Part shown: positions 11,065-22,300 of the stretch, in pieces
Numbering within the stretch: the first letter of the stretch is position 1
Layout of the letters: every line of letters begins with the position of its first letter
Assembly (NCBI GenBank): GCA_964016885.1
Contig: OZ024741.1
Coordinates: forward strand, 202,244,001 to 202,308,000
Direction of reading: 5' to 3'
Length of the DNA stretch: 64,000 bases
From: Eledone cirrhosa
Taxonomy: Eukaryota
The notes under the pieces: model-generated
Told to the model about the DNA's origin: nothing
Database searches by the model: none
Seen by the model: the letters and a program-made list of their open reading frames with translations, nothing else
Position numbers and translations under genes: made by a program

Positions 11065-11868
11065 ACTGGGTGGTTCCTGTCATGTCCTCAACTTGACCGC
11101 CTCACAGGGGGGACTGGGCTGTCATGTCACCAGCATGGCCACCCTGCAGGAGGTTTAGATGCTTTTGTCATGTTACCTAACAGAGAGGACTTTGTGTTCT
11201 TTTGTTATGACACCAACATGAGCACCTTGCATGGTCGACTAAGGGCTTTTGTTGTGTCACCAGCATGACCACCTTACAGGTGGACTGAGAGCTTTCAGCC
11301 ACCCAACAGAATTGTGGGAGAGCGTGTTCAGATGTCCATACTTGTATACATGGGTTGGTCAAGATTGGTGAATCGGATGTGGAAAGTAGGGGTGGGGGTT
11401 GGAGAAGTAGGTCTCGAGTGGGGCACTTAGTTGGTGAAGGGTGGAGTGATTAGGATGTAGGAGGAGTATGGTGGTGCTTATTAGAGATCACTAGATGCTG
11501 CTACATCCCTTGTACAATGGAAGGTGGGTCTTCTGCAGTGTTGTATAACACCAGAGATCACAACCCTGTGTCATTGCCTGAGAGAGGCATATTTGTGTAA
11601 GGTCAGTTTTTATCGCCTCATCCCAAGCTTTGCTAAGTCTTCCTCTTCCATAGCTACCATCAGTTTTGGGTGCACTGCACCTTTTTATACAGCTGACATC
11701 CTTCATGTGCATTACATGTCCATACCATGGCAATCTCCTACCCTGCACATTGCATCTGATCCCTCTTATTCACAGTTTCTCTCTCAGTTCATTTACACTT
11801 TGCTGTTCATGTATATTATTATTACACATCCATCAGTGCATGCAAATTTAATTTCTTTCCAAATCTTA
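11065..11868 (-). mobile_element. RTE LINE 3' end and 3' UTR
   Basis: ORF 11491-11748 reads RRLPWYGHVMHMKD..IKRC..GRGRLSKAWDEAIKTDL. Upstream it reads LERN*ICMH*WMCN. Confidence 0.8.
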
Positions 11869-11869
11869 T

Positions 11870-12153
11870 GAATATGAAATCCATTTTGCTCCATCATGTC
11901 TACATTTTGATTTACAAGGTATCCCACTTCATTTAGAGAAAAAGTATTGCATCATGTAAACATTGAATGCAATACTATATCAACATTTATGTATCTTGGT
12001 CTTCAAGTTTCATTTTGAAGTAATCCTTGTATCTTGCTTGTATGAATGTCGTGATGTTTATCTCACAGTCCTTGAATGCATATTCCCCACAGATGTAGCA
12101 AAAGTAAAGTCATGTAAATTGAAATGGAGAAATAAAAACAGTAATCCACAGTG
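11870..12153 (-). mobile_element. Chapaev3-like (CMC superfamily) DNA transposon remnant
   Basis: 11987-12106 minus translates YFCYICGEYAFKDCEINITTFIQARYKDYFKMKLEDQDT*, matching the FCYICGEY..IT..Y..YF..KL.DQD N-terminal motif of these transposases. CACTG occurs at the putative 5' end. A subterminal TAGA-TGATGGA-CAAAA motif is present here and, inverted, at about 12390-12415. Confidence 0.55.
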
Positions 12154-12789
12154 AACAGAGCAATTACCATTTTGATACAAGTCACAATAATATCTGAAAC
12201 ACGCATTTAAATGAAAATGTTCTAAATATAGACATGACCTAATATGTGTTATATTTACTTTTACAAGGCGATCACAAAAAGAACAATCAAAAGTATCCTT
12301 AAAAAACAAATATATAAACATTTGACATACTGCATGCTACATTACATTTCTGTAAATTCAATATCTAGGAGGTATCTTGTAGATCAAAGTCTAGATGTGA
12401 TGGAACAAAACTGACTTCATATTCAAAAAGAGCACATAATTAGCTAGAAATCACCCTATTAAAGAAACTTTTTTTTATTTGTCATGTTGTGTAATTAGCT
12501 ATTTTAAAAACCTTCCAACATCATTTATGTAATAACCTTTCATGAATAATACTTTAAACACCAGATTAATAATGAGAACATTTGTTATATTATTTAATCT
12601 GTTAAAAATTCTTTAATTTCAAAATTATTTGAAAATCCTAGGTAATACGTTACGAAAAAAGAGTGCCATATGAAAATTTTAATCAATAATTTAAAAGAAA
12701 CTTGTTGTTCCTCAATTTTCACAGCTGCAGGAAATCTATGTAGAGAAGGGAATTCCAGAGGGTCAATATTTGGGAAGGAAAGCTGATTA

Positions 12790-13290
12790 TAATGTTTCTA
12801 CAGGTGGTGGCTTATAGACAGTTGTTACTATGACACTGCTTGGCTCAATGGATAAGACTTTGATGTTTCTTCTATAGCTAAGCCTGTTTTTTACAAACAC
12901 AGCACTGCCGTACTGCTGATGGGGGTCGCTCAATGGCTAAGACCATTCTAGGTATGGTGGGACGGTTGTTTTCACTCCCTCTGTGCATTTCTTGCAAGCA
13001 GAGAACATCACAGTGTTGCTTGCTGCATAGGTTAGCTAAGATGTTTTGTTTTGCAGAGGAGAGCCCTTCAATATTCGCAGATATGACTGTCAATGCCAGT
13101 CTTGAGGAAGTCCCTCCTTTCTGACATTAACCTCTGTGTCTATTTCCAGGCATGGTGTTTTCTCTTGGTGTTCCGTAGGTTTGTGGCTTGTAGCTTATAA
13201 CTGTTGCTTATGGTGGTGGTGATAGGCTTAGCAGTATCTTATCAATACTCCCAGGGCTGCAGGGTGGACTCTCCTATTATGACCCCGGTG
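12790..13290 (-). mobile_element. Vingi/Ingi-clade LINE, 5' end retained and 3'-truncated (APE N-terminus)
   Basis: Reads MPGNRHRG*CQKGGTSSRLALTVISANIEGLSSAKQNILANLCSKQHCDVLCLQEMHRGSENNRPTIPRMVLAIERP, then after a frameshift VIVTTVYKPPP. This is an APE start (NxxG, LQE) of the Vingi type, with a short 5' UTR and no ORF1. Confidence 0.75.
13221..13286 (-). ncRNA. HDV-like self-cleaving ribozyme fold at the LINE 5' end
   Basis: Minus strand: GGGGTCA-TA-ATAGG-AGAG-TCCACC-CTG-CAGCCCT-GG-GAGTATT-GATAA-GATACT-GCTAAG-CCTAT. P1 GGGGU/GCCCU with a G1.U wobble, P2 AUAGG/CCUAU, L3 UCC pairing with GG (P1.1), P4 AGUAUU/GAUACU, J4/2 GCUAAG containing the catalytic C. P1 distal pairs and P3 are imperfect. 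Confidence 0.7.
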
Positions 13291-13345
13291 CATTCCTGAG
13301 AGCAGTTAAATCAAGTTTAATATTCTGGGCAAGGTTTTCATCAGA

Positions 13346-16300
13346 AATCTCATTGGCTGGTAAAGTAGGAGGTGAAGGTGGTGTTTAATAATCTGATCCA
13401 GTCCTATAACCCCATTGGATGGTAAAGTAGCAGATGATGTTTGATAGTCTGATCCAGTCCTATAACCCCATTGGATGGTAAAGTAGCAGATGATGTTTGA
13501 TAGTCTGATCCAGTCCTATAACCTCATTGGATGGTAAAGTAGCAGATGATGTTTGATAGTCTGATCCTGTCCTATAACCTCATTGGATGGTAAAGTAGCA
13601 GATGATGTTTGATAGTCTGATCCTGTCCTATAATCTCATTGGATGGTAAAGTAGCAGATGATGTTTGATAGTCTGATCCTGTCCTATAATCTCATTGGAT
13701 GGTAAAGTAGCAGATGATGTTTGATAGTTTGATCCTGTCCTATAACCCCATTGGATGGTAAAGTAGCAGATGATGTTTGATAGTCTGATCCTGTCCTATA
13801 ACCTCATTGGATGGTAAAGTAGCAGATGATGTTTGATAGTCTGATCCTGTCCTATAACCCCATTGGATGGTAAAGTAGCAGATGATGTTTGATAGTCTGA
13901 TCCTGTCCTATAACCTCATTGGATGGTAAAGTAGCAGATGATGTTTGATAGTCTGATCCTGTCCTATAACCTCATTGGATGGTAAAGTAGCAGATGATGT
14001 TTGATAGTCTGATCCTGTCCTATAATCTCATTGGATGGTAAAGTAGCAGATGATGTTTGATAGTTTGATCCTGTCCTATAATCTCATTGGATGGTAAAGT
14101 AGCAGATGATGTTTGATAGTTTGATCCTGTCCTATAATCTCATTGGATGGTAAAGTAGCAGATGATGTTTGATAGTCTGATCCTGTCCTATAACCTCATT
14201 GGATGGAAAATAGCAGATGATGTTTGATAGTCTGATCCTGTCCTATAATCTCATTGGATGGTAAAGTAGCAGATGATGTTTGATAGTCTGATCCTGTCCT
14301 ATAACCTCATTGGATGGTAAAGTAGCAGATGATGTTTGATAGTCTGATCCTGTCCTATAATCTCATTGGATGGTAAAGTAGCAGATGATGTTTGATAGTC
14401 TGATCCTGTCCTATAATCTCATTGGATGGTAAAGTAGCAGATGATGTTTGATAGTCTGATCCTGTCCTATAACCCCATTGGATGGTAAAGTAGCAGATGA
14501 TGTTTGATAGTCTGATCCTGTCCTATAACCCCATTGGATGGTAAAGTAGCAGATGATGTTTGATAGTTTGAGCCAGTCCTATAATCTCATTGGATGGTAA
14601 AGTAGCAGATGATGTTTGATAGTCTGATCCTGTCCTATAACCTCATTGGATGGTAAAGTAGCAGATGATGTTTGATAGTCTGATCCTGTCCTATAATCTC
14701 ATTGGATGGTAAAGTAGCAGATGATGTTTGATAGTTTGATCCTGTCCTATAATCTCATTGGATGGTAAAGTAGCAGATGATGTTTGATAGTTTGATCCTG
14801 TCCTATAATCTCATTGGATGGTAAAGTAGCAGATGATGTTTGATAGTCTGATCCTGTCCTATAACCCCATTGGATGGTAAAGTAGCAGATGATGTTTGAT
14901 AGTCTGATCCTGTCCTATAATCTCATTGGATGGTAAAGTAGCAGATGATGTTTGATAGTCTGATCCTGTCCTATAACCCCATTGGATGGTAAAGTAGCAG
15001 ATGATGTTTGATAGTCTGATCCTGTCCTATAATCTCATTGGATGGTAAAGTAGCAGATGATGTTTGATAGTTTGATCCTGTCCTATAATCTCATTGGATG
15101 GTAAAGTAGCAGATGATGTTTGATAGTCTGATCCTGTCCTATAACCCCATTGGATGGTAAAGTAGCAGATGATGTTTGATAGTCTGATCCTGTCCTATAA
15201 TCTCATTGGATGGTAAAGTAGCAGATGATGTTTGATAGTCTGATCCTGTCCTATAACCCCATTGGATGGTAAAGTAGCAGATGATGTTTGATAGTCTGAT
15301 CCTGTCCTATAACCCCATTGGATGGTAAAGTAGCAGATGATGTTTGATAGTCTGATCCTGTCCTATAACCCCATTGGATGGTAAAGTAGCAGATGATGTT
15401 TGATAGTCTGATCCTGTCCTATAACCCCATTGGATGGTAAAGTAGCAGATGATGTTTGATAGTCTGATCCTGTCCTATAACCCCATTGGATGGTAAAGTA
15501 GCAGATGATGTTTGATAGTCTGATCCAGTCCTATAACCCCATTGGATGGTAAAGTAGCAGATGATGTTTGATAGTCTGATCCTGTCCTATAACCCCATTG
15601 GATGGTAAAGTAGCAGATGATGTTTGATAGTCTGATCCAGTCCTATAACCCCATTGGATGGTAAAGTAGCAGATGATGTTTGATAGTCTGATCCTGTCCT
15701 ATAACCCCATTGGATGGTAAAGTAGCAGATGATGTTTGATAGTCTGATCCTGTCCTATAACCCCATTGGATGGTAAAGTAGCAGATGATGTTTGATAGTC
15801 TGATCCAGTCCTATAACCCCATTGGATGGTAAAGTAGCAGATGATGTTTGATAGTCTGATCCAGTCCTATAACCCCATTGGATGGTAAAGTAGCAGATGA
15901 TGTTTGATAGTCTGATCCAGTCCTATAACCTCATTGGATGGTAAAGTAGCAGATGATGTTTGATAGTCTGATCCTGTCCTATAACCCCATTGGATGGTAA
16001 AGTAGCAGATGATGTTTGATAGTCTGATCCTGTCCTATAACCCCATTGGATGGTAAAGTAGCAGATGATGTTTGATAGTCTGATCCAGTCCTATAACCTC
16101 ATTGGATGGTAAAGTAGCAGATGATGTTTGATAGTCTGATCCAGTCCTATAACCCCATTGGATGGTAAAGTAGCAGATGATGTTTGATAGTCTGATCCTG
16201 TCCTATAACCCCATTGGATGGTAAAGTAGCAGATGATGTTTGATAGTCTGATCCTGTCCTATAATCTCATTGGATGGTAAAGTAGCAGATGATGTTTGAT

Positions 16301-19300
16301 AGTCTGATCCTGTCCTATAACCTCATTGGATGGTAAAGTAGCAGATGATGTTTGATAGTCTGATCCTGTCCTATAACCCCATTGGATGGTAAAGTAGCAG
16401 ATGATGTTTGATAGTCTGATCCTGTCCTATAATCTCATTGGATGGTAAAGTAGCAGATGATGTTTGATAGTCTGATCCTGTCCTATAACCTCATTGGATG
16501 GTAAAGTAGCAGATGATGTTTGATAGTCTGATCCTGTCCTATAACCCCATTGGATGGTAAAGTAGCAGATGATGTTTGATAGTCTGATCCTGTCCTATAA
16601 CCCCATTGGATGGTAAAGTAGCAGATGATGTTTGATAGTCTGATCCTGTCCTATAATCTCATTGGATGGTAAAGTAGCAGATGATGTTTGATAGTCTGAT
16701 CCTGTCCTATAATCTCATTGGATGGTAAAGTAGCAGATGATGTTTGATAGTCTGATCCAGTCCTATAATCTCATTGGATGGTAAAGTAGCAGATGATGTT
16801 TGATAGTCTGATCCTGTCCTATAATCTCATTGGATGGTAAAGTAGCAGATGATGTTTGATAGTCTGATCCTGTCCTATAACCCCATTGGATGGTAAAGTA
16901 GCAGATGATGTTTGATAGTCTGATCCAGTCCTATAATCTCATTGGATGGTAAAGTAGCAGATGATGTTTGATAGTCTGATCCTGTCCTATAATCTCATTG
17001 GATGGTAAAGTAGCAGATGATGTTTGATAGTCTGATCCTGTCCTATAATCTCATTGGATGGTAAAGTAGCAGATGATGTTTGATAGTCTGATCCTGTCCT
17101 ATAATCTCATTGGATGGTAAAGTAGCAGATGATGTTTGATAGTCTGATCCTGTCCTATAATCTCATTGGATGGTAAAGTAGCAGATGATGTTTGATAGTC
17201 TGATCCTGTCCTATAATCTCATTGGATGGTAAAGTAGCAGATGATGTTTGATAGTCTGATCCTGTCCTATAACCTCATTGGATGGTAAAGTAGCAGATGA
17301 TGTTTGATAGTCTGATCCTGTCCTATAACCCCATTGGATGGTAAAGTAGCAGATGATGTTTGATAGTCTGATCCTGTCCTATAACCCCATTGGATGGTAA
17401 AGTAGCAGATGATGTTTGATAGTCTGATCCTGTCCTATAATCTCATTGGATGGTAAAGTAGCAGATGATGTTTGATAGTCTGATCCTGTCCTATAATCTC
17501 ATTGGATGGTAAAGTAGCAGATGATGTTTGATAGTCTGATCCTGTCCTATAACCTCATTGGATGGTAAAGTAGCAGATGATGTTTGATAGTCTGATCCAG
17601 TCCTATAATCTCATTGGATGGTAAAGTAGCAGATGATGTTTGATAGTCTGATCCTGTCCTATAACCTCATTGGATGGTAAAGTAGCAGATGATGTTTGAT
17701 AGTCTGATCCAGTCCTATAATCTCATTGGATGGTAAAGTAGCAGATGATGTTTGATAGTCTGATCCTGTCCTATAACCTCATTGGATGGTAAAGTAGCAG
17801 ATGATGTTTGATAGTCTGATCCTGTCCTATAATCTCATTGGATGGTAAAGTAGCAGATGATGTTTGATAGTCTGATCCTGTCCTATAACCCCATTGGATG
17901 GTAAAGTAGCAGATGATGTTTGATAGTCTGATCCTGTCCTATAACCTCATTGGATGGTAAAGTAGCAGATGATGTTTGATAGTCTGATCCTGTCCTATAA
18001 CCCCATTGGATGGTAAAGTAGCAGATGATGTTTGATAGTCTGATCCTGTCCTATAACCCCATTGGATGGTAAAGTAGCAGATGATGTTTGATAGTTTGAT
18101 CCTGTCCTATAATCTCATTGGATGGTAAAGTAGCAGATGATGTTTGATAGTCTGATCCTGTCCTATAATCTCATTGGATGGTAAAGTAGCAGATGATGTT
18201 TGATAGTCTGATCCTGTCCTATAATCTCATTGGATGGTAAAGTAGCAGATGATGTTTGATAGTCTGATCCTGTCCTATAACCCCATTGGATGGTAAAGTA
18301 GCAGATGATGTTTGATAGTCTGATCCTGTCCTATAACCCCATTGGATGGTAAAGTAGCAGATGATGTTTGATAGTTTGAGCCAGTCCTATAATCTCATTG
18401 GATGGTAAAGTAGCAGATGATGTTTGATAGTCTGATCCTGTCCTATAACCTCATTGGATGGTAAAGTAGCAGATGATGTTTGATAGTCTGATCCTGTCCT
18501 ATAATCTCATTGGATGGTAAAGTAGCAGATGATGTTTGATAGTTTGATCCTGTCCTATAATCTCATTGGATGGTAAAGTAGCAGATGATGTTTGATAGTT
18601 TGATCCTGTCCTATAATCTCATTGGATGGTAAAGTAGCAGATGATGTTTGATAGTCTGATCCTGTCCTATAACCCCATTGGATGGTAAAGTAGCAGATGA
18701 TGTTTGATAGTCTGATCCTGTCCTATAATCTCATTGGATGGTAAAGTAGCAGATGATGTTTGATAGTCTGATCCTGTCCTATAACCCCATTGGATGGTAA
18801 AGTAGCAGATGATGTTTGATAGTCTGATCCTGTCCTATAATCTCATTGGATGGTAAAGTAGCAGATGATGTTTGATAGTCTGATCCTGTCCTATAACCCC
18901 ATTGGATGGTAAAGTAGCAGATGATGTTTGATAGTCTGATCCTGTCCTATAACCCCATTGGATGGTAAAGTAGCAGATGATGTTTGATAGTCTGATCCTG
19001 TCCTATAACCCCATTGGATGGTAAAGTAGCAGATGATGTTTGATAGTCTGATCCAGTCCTATAACCCCATTGGATGGTAAAGTAGCAGATGATGTTTGAT
19101 AGTCTGATCCTGTCCTATAACCCCATTGGATGGTAAAGTAGCAGATGATGTTTGATAGTCTGATCCAGTCCTATAACCCCATTGGATGGTAAAGTAGCAG
19201 ATGATGTTTGATAGTCTGATCCTGTCCTATAACCCCATTGGATGGTAAAGTAGCAGATGATGTTTGATAGTCTGATCCTGTCCTATAACCCCATTGGATG

Positions 19301-22300
19301 GTAAAGTAGCAGATGATGTTTGATAGTCTGATCCTGTCCTATAACCCCATTGGATGGTAAAGTAGCAGATGATGTTTGATAGTCTGATCCAGTCCTATAA
19401 CCCCATTGGATGGTAAAGTAGCAGATGATGTTTGATAGTCTGATCCAGTCCTATAACCCCATTGGATGGTAAAGTAGCAGATGATGTTTGATAGTCTGAT
19501 CCAGTCCTATAACCTCATTGGATGGTAAAGTAGCAGATGATGTTTGATAGTCTGATCCAGTCCTATAACCCCATTGGATGGTAAAGTAGCAGATGATGTT
19601 TGATAGTCTGATCCTGTCCTATAACCCCATTGGATGGTAAAGTAGCAGATGATGTTTGATAGTCTGATCCTGTCCTATAATCTCATTGGATGGTAAAGTA
19701 GCAGATGATGTTTGATAGTCTGATCCTGTCCTATAACCTCATTGGATGGTAAAGTAGCAGATGATGTTTGATAGTCTGATCCTGTCCTATAACCCCATTG
19801 GATGGTAAAGTAGCAGATGATGTTTGATAGTCTGATCCTGTCCTATAACCCCATTGGATGGTAAAGTAGCAGATGATGTTTGATAGTCTGATCCTGTCCT
19901 ATAATCTCATTGGATGGTAAAGTAGCAGATGATGTTTGATAGTCTGATCCTGTCCTATAACCTCATTGGATGGTAAAGTAGCAGATGATGTTTGATAGTC
20001 TGATCCTGTCCTATAACCCCATTGGATGGTAAAGTAGCAGATGATGTTTGATAGTCTGATCCTGTCCTATAATCTCATTGGATGGTAAAGTAGCAGATGA
20101 TGTTTGATAGTCTGATCCTGTCCTATAATCTCATTGGATGGTAAAGTAGCAGATGATGTTTGATAGTCTGATCCTGTCCTATAATCTCATTGGATGGTAA
20201 AGTAGCAGATGATGTTTGATAGTCTGATCCTGTCCTATAATCTCATTGGATGGTAAAGTAGCAGATGATGTTTGATAGTCTGATCCTGTCCTATAATCTC
20301 ATTGGATGGTAAAGTAGCAGATGATGTTTGATAGTCTGATCCTGTCCTATAATCTCATTGGATGGTAAAGTAGCAGATGATGTTTGATAGTCTGATCCTG
20401 TCCTATAATCTCATTGGATGGTAAAGTAGCAGATGATGTTTGATAGTCTGATCCTGTCCTATAATCTCATTGGATGGTAAAGTAGCAGATGATGTTTGAT
20501 AGTCTGATCCTGTCCTATAACCCCATTGGATGATAAAGTAGCAGATGATGTTTGATAGTCTGATCCAGTCCTATAATCTCATTGGATGGTAAAGTAGCAG
20601 ATGATGTTTGATAGTCTGATCCTGTCCTATAATCTCATTGGATGGTAAAGTAGCAGATGATGTTTGATAGTCTGATCCTGTCCTATAACCCCATTGGATG
20701 GTAAAGTAGCAGATGATGTTTGATAGTCTGATCCAGTCCTATAATCTCATTGGATGGTAAAGTAGCAGATGATGTTTGATAGTCTGATCCTGTCCTATAA
20801 TCTCATTGGATGGTAAAGTAGCAGATGATGTTTGATAGTCTGATCCTGTCCTATAACCCCATTGGATGGTAAAGTAGCAGATGATGTTTGATAGTCTGAT
20901 CCTGTCCTATAACCTCATTGGATGGTAAAGTAGCAGATGATGTTTGATAGTCTGATCCTGTCCTATAACCCCATTGGATGGTAAAGTAGCAGATGATGTT
21001 TGATAGTCTGATCCTGTCCTATAACCCCATTGGATGGTAAAGTAGCAGATGATGTTTGATAGTTTGATCCTGTCCTATAATCTCATTGGATGGTAAAGTA
21101 GCAGATGATGTTTGATAGTCTGATCCTGTCCTATAACCCCATTGGATGGTAAAGTAGCAGATGATGTTTGATAGTCTGATCCTGTCCTATAACCCCATTG
21201 GATGGTAAAGTAGCAGATGATGTTTGATAGTTTGATCCTGTCCTATAATCTCATTGGATGGTAAAGTAGCAGATGATGTTTGATAGTCTGATCCTGTCCT
21301 ATAACCCCATTGGATGGTAAAGTAGCAGATGATGTTTGATAGTCTGATCCTGTCCTATAATCTCATTGGATGGTAAAGTAGCAGATGATGTTTGATAGTC
21401 TGATCCTGTCCTATAACCCCATTGGATGGTAAAGTAGCAGATGATGTTTGATAGTCTGATCCTGTCCTATAATCTCATTGGATGGTAAAGTAGCAGATGA
21501 TGTTTGATAGTCTGATCCAGTCCTATAATCTCATTGGATGGTAAAGTAGCAGATGATGTTTGATAGTCTGATCCTGTCCTATAATCTCATTGGATGGTAA
21601 AGTAGCAGATGATGTTTGATAGTCTGATCCTGTCCTATAATCTCATTGGATGGTAAAGTAGCAGATGATGTTTGATAGTCTGATCCTGTCCTATAACCCC
21701 ATTGGATGGTAAAGTAGCAGATGATGTTTGATAGTCTGATCCTGTCCTATAATCTCATTGGATGGTAAAGTAGCAGATGATGTTTGATAGTCTGATCCAG
21801 TCCTATAATCTCATTGGATGGTAAAGTAGCAGATGATGTTTGATAGTCTGATCCTGTCCTATAATCTCATTGGATGGTAAAGTAGCAGATGATGTTTGAT
21901 AGTCTGATCCTGTCCTATAATCTCATTGGATGGTAAAGTAGCAGATGATGTTTGATAGTCTGATCCTGTCCTATAACCCCATTGGATGGTAAAGTAGCAG
22001 ATGATGTTTGATAGTCTGATCCAGTCCTATAATCTCATTGGATGGTAAAGTAGCAGATGATGTTTGATAGTCTGATCCTGTCCTATAATCTCATTGGATG
22101 GTAAAGTAGCAGATGATGTTTGATAGTCTGATCCTGTCCTATAATCTCATTGGATGGTAAAGTAGCAGATGATGTTTGATAGTCTGATCCTGTCCTATAA
22201 TCTCATTGGATGGTAAAGTAGCAGATGATGTTTGATAGTCTGATCCTGTCCTATAATCTCATTGGATGGTAAAGTAGCAGATGATGTTTGATAGTCTGAT

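Noticed and set aside
13093-13220. 2A (StopGo) peptide upstream of the APE domain, as in some Ingi elements
   Set aside because: No D(V/I)ExNPGP motif in the leader frame.
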